DNA of 64,000 nt from Podarcis muralis (lineage: Eukaryota), in the NCBI RefSeq assembly GCF_964188315.1, contig NC_135655.1, positions 82,894,001 through 82,958,000 on the forward strand, written 5' to 3'. The stretch's first letter is position 1. The number at the start of each line of letters is the position of its first letter. The notes below the pieces were generated by a model. The model did no database searches. It was given only the letters and a program-made list of their open reading frames with translations, and had not been told where the DNA came from. A program made the position numbers and the translations under genes. Shown one piece after another: positions 1 to 13,500 of this stretch.

Positions 1-34
1 CAGCCCCTTTTCTGCTATTTCATTCTGGATGCAG

Positions 35-3000
35 ATGTGGAGAAGCGGCAGAACCCAGTGTGCAGTTTTGTGACCCCACTAGAGTGCAGTGATGTAGATG
101 TGCACCGCAAGCCCGAGGTGAGCAAAGGTTATTTGGGCCTTTCTTACTTAGTACAAAGAAGACAGACTATGCATTTCTGTATGTGACCCCTGGCTGCACC
201 TTTGTTTGGCAGGCTGTCATCATGGAAGGAAAGTACTGGAAACGCCAAGTTGGGGTGGTCATCAGGGAATATCACAAATGGAGGTTGTTTTCCTATACCC
301 AGGTAAGTGTCTTCTCCAGCAAGATGTGTTGTACTTCATATAGCTCCCCTTCACCCCTAGATGACATGTTCCACCCAAGCTCATACAGTCCTTTTTAGTG
401 TCAACCAAGGAAATCAGGTAGCCAATCCAGAAGCACCTTGGAACTCCATTGTAAGAAGGTGGATTTTCTAGATGCTTCTTGCCAGGCTACCATAGACTGC
501 ATCTGGTGGTTATGAGGTGATCTGGTACTAGACTGGCAAGGCTATGTTTCCATCTTACTCCGATGGGTGCCTTGGCCTATAGACTCATTTCCGCAGCTGC
601 CAAAGGCTCTCATTCTCTTGCCCTCTCTCATTTCCACAAAGACACACACTGGTCACCCAGCTATCCCTGTGTGATTATTGTGGTCTGCAATGGCTTGGCT
701 GAGGCCTCATGTGTTCATTGTTGTTGTAGCCGTAGTAGTAATAATAATAGTACATTATACCTAGCCCTTCCTCCCAAATGTGTCCAGGGCAGCAATAAGC
801 CAGATAGGATTTTATTTAGCTACCTATGGTTTTCCTCTAGCTAAGTATTGTAATTGTAGTACTTTCAGTGGCCTAATCCTAAACATTCTGTGCATTTTGT
901 TATAGGCTTCAAAGAAGATGGATAAACCCGTCTATGGTTCTGCTCAGGTGCTATTTTAATGCCTTGTTCCTATACTGCACCCTCCAGATTCCCCTTTCCC
1001 CATGGCAGAGGGTGGAATTAAAAAAGCTTGGGGGTTGTCTGCAGCCATTCAGCATTCCAGCCCCTCATTTGAGTTTGCCTAAAGTTGGAGTTCACAGCTC
1101 TTTCTCTTCCATTCTGGACAGGAAGTAGCTGATGATGTTCCAAGGGCAGAGCTGAAAACGGATGGAACAGATGCATGCCCCATGGACCTTGACCCCTTGC
1201 ATGACCTGGATGCACTTCTGGACACCTTCATTTCTAGCCGCAACCCTTATGGTGGCCCCAACCTCCGTGGCCTTGGTGAGAGGCCTTGCTTTGTGCTCAT
1301 TCCATCTATCTCTGGATCTGTCCCTTTCTACCAAGAAACCCTTTAAGTTTTCTCCACTGTCCCCAGAGGCTGGTACAGATGCCTCTAAAGGGTGGAGAGA
1401 GCTTTTGAAGTATCTCCATGTGAGAGCCAGTCCCTTGCTTGTGCACCAGAGAACAATTGCTATGGAACAAAGTAGTGAGCGAGTGATATTATTTCTCATT
1501 TTGTGTCTTCAGCTCACCAGGGAAATGCGGATATGATCCAGCCCACCCTGACCCAACTGCACCCCATCTTTGGGGAGGAGTTTATGGACTTGGACCCCAT
1601 TCAAGGTAACAGCAGAGGTTTTATGGCTGTACTTAGTGGTAAGGTGGTGCATCTCAAAGCTGAAAGACATCCTCTGAAGCACTTTATATGGCTTCTTAAG
1701 ACCACTTCAGACTGTGTTTAAATTATTTATCCATACTGTACACACTTAAAAGAAATGTGTTTGTTTATAGATGCTACTGGGTACATGCTGCTAGGATCTC
1801 CTGATCAGCAGCAATTCCCTTCAATGCTTATCTGTAAAAGAGCCCTTGGATTCCTCAGAATTGCAGCTTGCATATTTACTAAACTCACTGTTAGGGAGAA
1901 AACAGAACAAAATATGAAAAGCGTGTCATCAAGGCCCAAAAATCAAATAGAAACATGTATTATTATTATTTTAAGCCCACAAGTTAATCACCAGTTTTGA
2001 AAGATTAACTTGTGACCTCAAGAGTAAATAACATCTGAGTCTGGGTCACCAAAGTGGGCTGAAAGCTATCACTGGTGAGAGGAGACTATTTCCAACCTGA
2101 CATTGATGAAATTCTAGTTCACTCAAGGCCAGAGCAGAATGTTGCTGAGCAAACATGATACGTCCTGGTAAGACTAGACATTATTTAAATCAGTCAGCAT
2201 GCACATAAAAATCCTCTTTTGGGCATCCAATGCTCTAATAGAAGACTCATTCTCCATATAATCACATGCATACTGTGCTTTAGATATTGTTTGTCCCCTC
2301 TCCCATTTTCTGAATCAGCCAGGACAAATTCTTCAGAGCCACTGTATATCCCCTTTTCACAGGAAGAATAAAGTAGGCAAATTAATCTTGTATGAATTCT
2401 TAATTTGAAAAATCTTAAACTTACGAGTTTGTCATCTCAAAATTTCTACTTGCAAGTATAGCATCTACATATAGAGCCTATTTCAGTCTCATTCCTGCCA
2501 CTCCGTCACATAACTCTGAAATCAGCAGTCCCCACCTGCAGATTGCTCCTGTTCTTGACTTGAGTTTCTCTACCAGTTGACATATCCTGGATTTTAGGTC
2601 TCATCTTTCTTCGAAACCACTAACTGATGTCTGCTTGTATGGTGGATGTGAATGAATGAATGTTTATTATTATGACCAAACAGCCAGCATACTACCTGTA
2701 TGGTGAAATCCTGATGATTCCTTGCTTAATTGATTCAGACACACCAGCCAGTTATCTTCTACCAGTTGCTTTTTATCTCCTCCCAGCCTTTTAAATCTTT
2801 GCTTTCTTTTCACAGAATTCATCACTTCCTGTCGTTCTCAGCCCACGATCCAGGTAAGGATAATAAATTTATCTGATAGCTTACAAACTCCTTGGGCTTC
2901 TGCAGCCCCTGATGCTTATTGCAGATACTGGTCTGTGCTTGATTTTGATTTTGGAAAGGCAATAGCCTTTTCTCAGCATTGCAAAAAAACTGAGCAGTGG

Positions 3001-6000
3001 GAGTTCTCCCACTTGTATGATTTTCAGTGCAGACATCTCCAGCCTGGACTCAGGAGTTGTGTTTGATTTGCACTCTCTTCTCCCCCCTCTTAGGCTTCTG
3101 CAGTAACAGATGCTAGTGCTTTGAACCAGTGCAACCCAGATACACCTCTCATTGCCCCTGGGACCAAGGATCTCCCACCACCTGGAGACTCTCTCAATCC
3201 CATTCCCATCTCACTGGATGTGGAGCCGCCTGTACCTTTGAATGGACAGCAGACCTTCCTGCCATTCTTCCCCACCTCCCCACTGAGGATCAGCCCGCCG
3301 CCTGTCTCTCCCATCTTGCGCATGCAGCCTCAAACCACTTTGGTCTTCTCTGTCATCACGCACACAGGATCAGAAACAAATTCTCCGTCTGTATTTCGGG
3401 ACACTTTTGCTGTGCCAGTCTCTGCTCCTCCACCCAAGGATGGGAAATGCAGACACCTGCAACGGATTGCTCCAGCACCCTCCTCTAGCCAGCAGCCAGC
3501 CCTTCCCGGTGCTCCGCTCCCTTGCCTGCTTGCAACTGGTATGTCCCTGCAAGGACAGGCTCTCTGCAGGGGAAATTGAGGCATTGCTGACCTAGACTAC
3601 AATGCTTCTCTAGATCCATTTGGAGTATTAAGTCATACTGCAGAATTCTCCTTTCTTTTTGGTGGTTGTTTTCTCAAGCAAATCTCAACAGGACCAACTT
3701 TTGGAATCCCTAATTTAAACAACTGCATGCATTATTAGTGTTTATTTTGATATAATTATCTGAAGCTGGAGTTTAGCTTCATACTTGGGAATCACTGGAA
3801 GCAAAAGCATTTTTCCGTACTGGAAAAATAAAATATGTGGTCCAGGGAGATAGTTTTTTTGTGTTACTGCAGAATTTAAAAATGATATACATTGGTGCCT
3901 CGATTTTCGAATGTAATCCATTCCAGAAGACCGTTCGAGTTCTGAAACGTTCGAAAACCGAAAACTCAGTATGGAACTGAGTATGGAAAACTCAGTGCAG
4001 GAGCCGAGTGACATGTTCGACTTCTGAGGCGTGTTTGAAAACTGAAGCATTTATTTTTGGGTTTCCAGCGTTCAAAAACTGAAATGTTTGTCAATGGAGA
4101 CGTTCAAAAACCAAGGTACCACTGTATCTGACTTGAGCTGATAGGCATTACCTAACAGTGCCTGTATCTCCTTCAGTGGATTTAGGGTTTAGCCTTGCAG
4201 AAATTGTGTGTCAAAACTATGTACTGACTAGTCTGTAGAATAGCAAAATGGTTAGTCCACAGGTATTGGAGACGGATTTAAGGTGGCAATCTTACTTGCA
4301 ACTATAATACATATGTGTAAAGATGTCTGGGAGCTGCTGTTTGGAAAGGGAAAGAAAAAGTCCTCTATAGAGAGCCAGTGTGGTGTAGTGGTTAAGAGCA
4401 TTAGTCTCATAATCTGGGGAACCGGGTTCATGTCTCCGCTCCTCCACATGCAGCTGCTGGTTGACCTTGGGTCAGTCACACTTCTTTGAAGTCTCTCAGC
4501 CCCACACACCTCACAGAGTGTTTGTTGTGGGGGAGGAAGGGAAAGGAGAATGTTAGCCGCTTTGAGACTCCTGAAGGGGAGTGAAAGGCGGGATATCAAA
4601 TCCAAACTCTTCTTCTTCTATGCCCAAATTCCTGCATTGATCCCCTTCTTGCTTCTCTGGAGTGTAGTTAAGCTTTTTGTTTCGATGCAGCCAGCAGTTT
4701 GAGCCAGGTAAATCAAGCAAAACTACAAATGTCAACATTCGTCCAAATGCTTCATAGTTAAACAGAAAACCTTCAACTCATTAGTAGAAGTGAAATGACA
4801 GCTCATTAATATAACTCTGCATATTTACTAGCTTTTTAAAGTTATATTTTAATTTCTCTTAAATCTACAAGTGAGCACAGATTTTCTTGACCCAATTCAG
4901 AACAAGGCTCTTGTGCCTTGTAGCTTTTTTGAATGGGGAAAGTTGTCAAGAACTGTAGAGTCTTCTAATGTGCAAGCATTATGAAGAGAATCTGTAACTA
5001 TGAAACTTTCCTCTCTACCCCATTTAAAACTCACACATAAAGGTCCAGAATTCCTATCCTCGTGTGTCTGATGGCAAAGTGGGTACCAAACAGTTGGTGT
5101 CAGATTGGCTGGTGGTACATGCAGGAATTTTATGAGACGCTAATGGTTATGGGGAAACCAGGTCTAGGTATGTTTTGGAAGGGATCCCTGAGGCAAGAAT
5201 GCTCATTGGCCTCTCTGTTGGGTAGGGTGCCATGCATTTAAGTAGAGATCATTAGCCCGAATTGTATTTTCAGTTGTGGTGGGTGGGATTTCATAAAGCA
5301 GCAGACTCCTTTTCATTAAATAAATTCTGCCACATTCAAAAACTTGGTCTACTGGTGAGCAGCTAAACTGAAGCTGTGTAGTTACAAGGAGTGAGTGATG
5401 CTGCTTCAGCCAGCCAAGTTTTGTACATGCATTGGGGGTTAATACATAGAGGCTGGGAAAATAAGAACATCTCTTTCATCTCTAGGTCCTGCCCCACTGC
5501 CCCTCACTCCAGTCATGAACTCTGTGCAGGTAAGGATGCTCTCCTCTGCCACCTTCCTTCTGCGAGGCCTCCTATCTGTGTTCTGCTTTTTGCCTCCTTG
5601 GAGTTGACAGGCGGTGTATTTTTCTATCTTTCTGTTTGGCTGCTCTCTCTCTCTCTCAACCCTGCTTTTCCTCTCCCACAGGTGTGTGGCGTCCCAAAGC
5701 CCCCTGTGAATATGCTGAACTCATTCTCGGCAACGGTGAAGTCTCCTCCACTAGCATCTGCTGCTGCTTCCCCTGACACTGGTAAGCTGGCTCAGGAGGG
5801 TGCAAAGTCACTCGGCCTCTCTTCTTAGCAATATCTCATCTGCTTTCACTGGATTGGTCTATATGCCGTGCCAAAGTAGAAATTGAATACACACCTTAAG
5901 AAATTGAATACACACTCACCTACCCCAGTATTTTTGGGATTATTTCAGGTGCCAAAACCAAGGAGAGAGCTGAGGACAACACACACTGCAAACCCCAGGA

Positions 6001-7714
6001 AGTGGACAAATGCTGTACTGCCAAGGTAATAAGGATACCCACACCACTGTACCCCATCTTGTTGGCTTGAGTATTGTGGGAGAAGACATCTTTTCTCAAA
6101 GACGATAGCCAAAGGGGTAGTCGCCTGGCAGTGTCTCAAATCATGGCTTGATTGGCTCTTGCAGGGAAGTCGCAGATCAACACTTACCTCGGCTGACTAT
6201 GCCCGTCGTAGGGTCATCAGCTCCGGCTTCAACACTCTTGCCACTCTGGTGTTGACAGGACCTGATCAAAGCAGCACTAAGGTAAGCATCCCCCACTGTA
6301 CCAGAGGGTGGAAGGGCACATATTCTCTGCTGTTTGTCCAGTCCTCCCAATTTGCTTTGTGAACCATTCTTGTGGTCTTTGCCCTCCCAATCCATTTTAC
6401 ACCTTTACTCCACCCCCTCACCTCCCCAGTTCAGCAAAGCGATGCTCCTGCAGAAAAGTGCGGCACATGTGGAAAGACTGCAGCAAGAGCGCCGACAAGC
6501 TCAGGAGACAGTTGAAAGACTACGTGGGGAAATCAAAGAGCTGAGCACTGCCATTGAGTGAGTTGGGGGGCTGGCTTAAGGGGTTGAATTTTCATTGGAT
6601 CAGGGATACAAGTTAAAAGGTGAGAGGGGAACTCCTGTCAACAAGTTGCGGCTTTTCTCTTCCCTGCAGTGACTTTCAGCGCCAGCTTCCACCTACGGGA
6701 GCTCCTGTGCTGCCACCACAGTCAGATCAGGCTTCTCAACTCTATGAAGAGTATGTGCGCAAGCGCACCCTGCAGGACTGGCGCTTCTGGCTTGTATCCA
6801 CCACCAAGCATGTGGGATGGGATGGGACAGGTTAGAGTGCAAGAAAGCAAGCAAGGGGAGGTATTTGGCATGGCATCAGTGGCCTGCTGGGTGCTTAAGG
6901 GGAGCAGGGAGACTTGGCTGCATAGGCTCCTTAACCTCTTCCAACCTGCAGTTCAGCATGGTGATTAAGCCACTCTTTGAGAGCTACACCAGGACAGTGA
7001 GCACAGGCAACGTCAAGGAATTCTGCGACTCAGTGTTGAGCTGGTTGGAGCAGCACTGCACCCTGCCCATCTTGCGCCCTGGTATGGATCAACAGGGAAA
7101 TCTAGAAATGTCTTTCCCTTCACTGACCCATCTCTTTCCCCCCCATGGCTTTCAATGATCCTTGCCTACCTTCTGCTCTGAAATCTAGCACGTGCTTGTG
7201 TATCATTCACCCATCCTACTCCTGCTTGAAGTACTCTTACCTTCACACATAACTAAGAGAGTGGAACCATGGCTTACCAATTATACTCCACATTCCCGAT
7301 TCCCTTTTCATGCCTTGCTAAGTTACTAGACACAATTGCCCATCACTATGATCCTTTCCTTGCCCTGAAGCAAGATTATTGGGCACTGCCTTAAAGCAAG
7401 GCCCAGATGTGACCTTAGGAGTTACCTGGCTTTGTGGTGTTTAGGAAAAAATCTAGCTGGAGATGCCAGCTGTTCTCACAAGTCTTCTATTCCTGATACT
7501 TCCAGAAGACTTGAAAGGATTTTCTTTCTAGGAATTAGGAGAAAGTGTCTGCATTGAGTTCATTGTTACTGTTTTGGTTTTTTGTCCCACAGCTATCTCT
7601 GGCTCCCTCCTGCAGCTAAGCAAGATCACATCCATACTGACTCGGCCAACCCAGTTGCGTGAACAAGCCCTGCAAGCGGTAGCTGGCCCTCCACACTACA
7701 AGAGCAACAGCTAG
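35..7714 (+). CDS. Mondo-family (MLXIP/MondoA / MLXIPL/ChREBP-like) bHLH-ZIP transcription factor, 5'-partial, 15 coding exons in window
   Basis: Phase-consistent GT-AG exons: 35-117, 213-302, 906-947, 1122-1275, 1513-1605, 2816-2853, 3094-3538, 5486-5529, 5682-5781, 5949-6025, 6165-6281, 6430-6557, 6670-6793, 6952-7081, 7593-7714 (TAG). Peptides match Mondo motifs: PVCSFVTPL, EGKYWKRQVGVVIREYHKWR, GNADMIQP, SKAMLLQKS...LQQER, QLPPTG...RTLQDWRFWL, FSMVIKPLFES...WLEQHCTLPILRP. Small middle exons (906-947, 2816-2853) are less certain. Confidence 0.9.
3890..4124. mobile_element. Tc1/mariner (Tigger-like) MITE
   Basis: TIRs cattggtgcctcg...ccaaggtaccactg, flanked by TA on both sides. Confidence 0.75.
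4371..4620 (+). mobile_element. tRNA-derived squamate SINE with (TCT)n tail
   Basis: A-box tggtgtagtgg, B-box-like ggttcatgtc, body typical of squamate SINEs, tail tcttcttcttct. Confidence 0.7.
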
Positions 7715-10576
7715 GATGAAGACCAGGTCCAGTGCTATATGGACATCCTCACACACTACCAGGAAAGCCACCAACAGGGACCTCTATCTCAGGAATTCAT
7801 TTGCCATGCAACAAAGAAGCTTATGTTAGACAGTATTGGGGTTTAGATTGCCAGAGCAGAGAATCTCTGAGTATTCATTTTGGTGCTGGACACCTCTTAA
7901 TACTCTCTCTCTTTTTGCAGAACTTCAGGTAGTAGAGTGGGGGATGTGGGGAATAAGGCTAGAATGCAGATTTAATTGCCAGATGTAGGATGCCGGCCAT
8001 TGCTTTAGCCTCTTTCAGAACTGGGGTGAAAGATTAGCCGCATAATAATTAGTGTGGCCTCCATTTCCTGTGTTTTCCCACCAGAGGGCAGTGAAAGTGA
8101 TTCTTGCAGGCCTTCTCAATACATAGAGAAATACTTCCTCTGTATGATTCATGGCTTTGTTCCTCACTAAATTTGAGTGTTTGTGGCTAAGTGTTCGCCG
8201 CCCCCCCCCCCCAATATGGAGTATATGTTGGTGGCAGATTTTACCTATGCAACCATACCCATGAACCCTTTCAGGGGTGTAGAGGATCAATTTCTCCAAT
8301 CTTTCATTTTAGCTCGGAGACCTTTTGTAGGACTGTGTATTTTTTGTAGATCTGCTGAATTTTTACAGGGGGTGGAATCTGACTTCAGCTCAGTATTTGA
8401 TGGTACAATCCATTCTCCATCCCCTATGCTCATGTTTCTTTTCTCAAGTTACATATTAGCTTGGCGTGGAATCTGGAGTTTATTTATGCACAACACATCC
8501 TGTACTATGTTTGCCAAACTTTGTTCTAGGCTCCCAGCTAATGTACAACAACTCCTGACATCTGACCACACGGAGGTTGTGTGATGGGGAAGACACCACC
8601 TAACCACTGATAGGCAACCTGTTCTGTCTCCACTACTGTAACTGTATGATTGCATAACCTTCTGCACATGGCAATACCTCATTCAAAACTCCCAAGTTAG
8701 TAATAAAGCTAATGCCTACAGGAACAGGAGCCTAGCTGACTAAACTAGGGAAAAGGCTTTTTTACCATTTCCAGAGTTTTGAGTAATATCTGAAGTAGCT
8801 CTGGACATTTTGGCACCTGATAACAGAGAATCCAAATGTCAGACCTCTATCCCCCCACCCTCCCCCAGTTAACAGGTACAACCATTGAAACTAGCAGGAA
8901 CTGTGGGGGTGCATAGATCCTTTTCGTTCCTGATGGGTAAGCTCTACAGCTTTATCTTTCATTACCAGATGAAAGCCTTTGATGATTGGAAATTGTTCTA
9001 GCTGTTTGCATACAAGATATTCTAATACTTATGTGTCCAGAAATACACAAGAGAAAGAGTTGGAAGGGACCACGAGGATCATCTAGTCCAACCCCTTGCA
9101 ATGCAGGAATCTTTCACCCAACGTGGAGCTCGTTGTTGAGATCTGGCCTAGGTGTGTGTGGTTTTCTTTTCTTTTTACTGATTTATTATTTCTTCATTCT
9201 GCTACAGGCCCAAAATTTTCAGCAACAAAACCAAAAAAGCTATTCTATTATCATATAGGAATATAGTACTAGTACTAGTTTTCCATCAGCCACTTTAACC
9301 AAGGAATGGGCAACTGATTGATTCCCATGGGAGACTCACCTCAGTATACAAAATCTACTTCAAGCCCAGGTGTGCTTTCAGTCTGTGGGATGTTCTATGT
9401 CCCTTTTCTGTACCTCTTTTACTCATGAATGATGGTGGTGCTTTTTAAGAGTCTGCATTAGCTGAAGGTAACCACTCTGCATTTATGTGAAGCTAATGCA
9501 CAATACAGCTGACCCTTTCACTGTTCAGCATGGGAGGTTTACTGCAGAAAAGACTTCCAGTGCTTGCTCACCTAGATGTAATTACTGATAGCACTTTACT
9601 TCCTCCAGTCCTGGAGTTCTTTAGTTAACGTGTATTAAAAAAAGAATGAGAGCACACATGAATTATGAATTCTATCTTGAAAATATTCAGTGGACCATTT
9701 GAGATTTCTTGTGTTTCTATATCATTTTGTAATTTTAGCACTATTTCTGTATGTTCCACATATGTCACTAAAATACATTTGAGTAATCTTTAAGCGTTGT
9801 TTTCCTTTTTCACAATTCAGCAACTCCACTCTTTTCATACATGTAGGCAGCTGCCAGCCTTTGGCCAAACTGCAAAAGCACCTGCTGGGCTTTGCAGTTC
9901 CATCTTTCAAAAGCATCCCACAACCAACTTCTGCCCAGCCATCCCCACTGCTCAGCTGCTAAGGCCTAGGAATAGCCAAATAGCACTTCAGTTGGGGGGG
10001 CACACTATTCAGTTATTCATAGTGCTACTCAGCTGGGCAGCAGGCAGGGAGGTATGCAATAGATCTCTCTGTTGGTGATGGAGTTGAAGAGTCTGTACAT
10101 CTTCCTTGAGCAGGGTGGGGAGAATAATGTGTCACAAACTATTCAGATGTGGCCCCATTGACACATGTAGCTGTTAGATGTGCAAGTGTTTTATTTCTCA
10201 GTCAATTAACTTGAAAGCCAATTCAACAAACCAAGCAAGTTTGCAAAGAGCACACAACAGTAAAATAAACAGGATGCAGTGCTATACTAAGCTTGGCTTC
10301 CAAGAACTAGTCACTCAGTTTTGGGGATTCTTTTCCCCAGCACAGCATATTGATCCAAATCAATCCTCACCTTCATTTGACCTCAGCCTTCTAAGTACTC
10401 CCTAAGAAACTTTGATTAGGGCCAGAACCCATAAGTGGAGACCAGCTAGTAGACCTTGGCATCTTTTTAGGGCTGTTACATCCAAGCACAGAATCTCCAT
10501 GATAGGAATGAAGAAGTTATCCAATAATGTCAAAACTCAGGGACTTCTCAGGCTGAGATACCATCACATTTTCCTC

Positions 10577-13500
10577 TCAGAGGCAATATCCATGCCACAG
10601 GCTGCAAGGGAAGCATATGGAACATGGTTACTGTCTGGAAGAATCCTGACTTGGCATCTTACATGCCTCCTCCACCTACTGTGCCAAACAGCAGGCATGG
10701 GCAGCACAACAGCAGCAATGGTGCCTGTTTTACAGTCAGTATAAGCAAATGATCTGTGGGGAGGCCGCAGCTCTCAGCTTTCAATTCTAGGAAGTCATTG
10801 GCCAGAGAGAAGGTGGCGAGTAGGAAAAGGAATACATAGGAAGGAAGTGGGGGAAAGGATAAGTGGGAATACCTGCTACTGAATGTGTCCACATTTCTTA
10901 CATGTAAGCCTTTTTAACCCTTTAAAAATTTTGTTGGGCCCTGAGCTGCTTTCAGAGACTCTAGTGAGCATAAGAATGATGGACCAAAGTCATGTCTGGA
11001 TGTGAGACAAGGAAGCCCCATGTAAGCTACTCTGTGCTTCCTAAAGCAAGTAAACTGTAAATACATACTAAGGCTTCAGTGCTCAATGCTTCAAATGGAG
11101 TCATAGTAAATGCTGTGGGTTGGAAGTACAGCAAAGGTGAAGCAAAAATCTCATTCTTCAGCAAGGTTCTCACACAACATGCAAGCTGACTGCCAAATGT
11201 CAACTTCGTAAGCGCCTCTGCTTCTGACAATCTCAGCCACTAGGACTTCCTACCATGAAATGGCCAGGACGGTCTACCAAACACCCTGGCGGAAGCTGCA
11301 AATAAAGGAGAACTGCTTGTTCTTGGCTTCTGATCTCTTTCCTATTCTAATCCCCAATAGGTGAGTTATGGATTTTACTTGACCTTTGCTGAGCTCATAC
11401 TTCCATTTGCCCAGTTCATTTTGTGTATTACCTCTTGCGATACAGTTACTCCTCATTCATACAGTTGTGAATAAAAGATGCCCAGAGCTTAGCCAAATTA
11501 TCATGTGACCTGCTTAGCACTGCCATGGCCTTGCACCACCAAGCCCAACCTCAATAGTCTTCCTCTTCCAGATCTCATTACCCTAGAACAGATGCTTCCA
11601 TCCAGTGCCTGAGAAGGACAGAGCAGCTTTTCCATACTAACCTGTATGTAACGAGAGGGTCCTTGTTGTGCTTCTCTAGCAATTCCCGCACCATAGCAGG
11701 GGGGTTGAGACCCAGTAACTCTGCCCTCTCCCAGCGCTGCAAACGGGTGATTCCTGTCAGGGGGAAAAAGGTCTCTCAAAGTGGCCTCTTCAACACCAGT
11801 GATCTTCAACCACCTTCCTTGCAAGTCTATTGCCACTAGATGAATTTGAGAATTAACTAGGAGTCCCCTTTTCCTGGTATGCTGCCACTTACTATAATGT
11901 AACACTTTAACAGAGCATAGGGAGACTGGTCCCTGCCCCATGGAGGTATATCTAAAATTGTGCATGGAGGGAGGCAGGGAAAACCTATGCTTTCATTGCA
12001 GTGATGTGTACTTTGGCTCAGTTGTAGTAGCAGCATGATTGGAAGTTCTTACCTGTACAGGGGCCGTACTGCCAGCTGAGGTCAAATTGCTTTAGTGTCT
12101 CCAGCTGGTCTGGATGTGCAGCATCTTGGACTGCCTGCACTGTCACTGCGTCTGATCAGAGAGAAATGGATGATTATCACCGCATTATGGAGAGCTCTTG
12201 TATGAAATGAGTGTGAGGAAAGGGTTAACATAATTCTTTAGCCAACACCATTACATTAGTTATCTCTCGTTTGCTCTACAACCCGTATAACTCTGCCTGT
12301 GTTTTTTTAGCATCTCTTCACCCACACTTCGATCTCATGTAAATATGAACACACACAACATGTGCTGACTGAAGGAAACAACACTAACATAATTAATCCA
12401 TTGCTCATTGAGAATGCTCCTCTTCTGTAGAGGGTTCCCCACCTTTTGGGAGTACCGGTATATGTTTCATATAATTTTAAGGTAAAGGTAAAGGGACCCC
12501 TGACCATTAGGTCCAGTCGTGACCGACTCTGGGGTTGCAGCACTCATCTCGTTTTATTGGCTGAGGGAGCCAGCGTGTGGCCAGCATGACTAAGCCGCTT
12601 CTGGTGAACCAGAGCAGCGCACGGAAACGCCGTTTACCTTTCCGCTGGAGCAGTACCTATTTATCTACTTGCAGTTTGTCGTGCTTTTGAACTGCTAGGT
12701 TGGCAAGAGCAGAGACCGAGCAACGGGAGATCACCCCGTCGCGGGATTCAAACCGCCGAACTTCTGATCGGCAAGTCCTAGGCTCTGTGGTTTAACCCAC
12801 AGCGCCACCCGTGTGCTTTTTACTTCCTGCTAAATGATTTTTCAAATACTTCACTTTCACAGAAATCCTGTGCAATAATTCATCACCACTGTCCTATAGC
12901 AACTTGCTAGCTAAGCAAGTGGCAAGTCTATTACTGATTAACCCTTGCTTGCATAACCGTGGTATTGAGTTATGTGCAGCTCCAACAAACAACCTAGGAG
13001 ACGACCAAAGCAAGAACATGCAGGGAAAGAGTTTGCAAGAACTGATGTCTTGCAAATCTCAAGGGCCACTCCATCTACTCCCCACCTAAAGCTGCTGCAT
13101 TTTCACCCTTCCCCCCTGTTCAGATTATCTACCTATTGGTAGCAGAGGTATCACCTTGTCGTGGTGAGTGGGCTTGCACATGCCTATGACCCTTGTGAGT
13201 GAAGCTGTCAGGAGTCTCGTACTCCCAACAGGGTCACCCAAGGTGGCAGGGTCAAAGTGGAGGAGCTAGACAAAGAATGATCCAAGAAGTCCTCAACAAC
13301 AGAACAGGTGGAAGATAACAAGTGGCATGTTACATCGGCTGTGAAGGCGGATGAAGGCTGCAGCAGATAAGATAGAGCCTTACCGCGAAGACTGCTTTGG
13401 TCAGCGTGCACTGATCTACACACATGAAACAAATTCACGCACAAGCATCTTCCAAAAACCCATACCAAACACAAACCCATAAAACTCCCATGGCGATCGG

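Noticed and set aside
1771-1833. Possible extra 63-nt symmetric exon of the Mondo-like gene (DATGYMLLGSPDQQQFPSMLI)
   Set aside because: Frame-compatible, but the donor is weak (ct|gtaaaa) and there is no recognisable Mondo homology; needs cDNA evidence.
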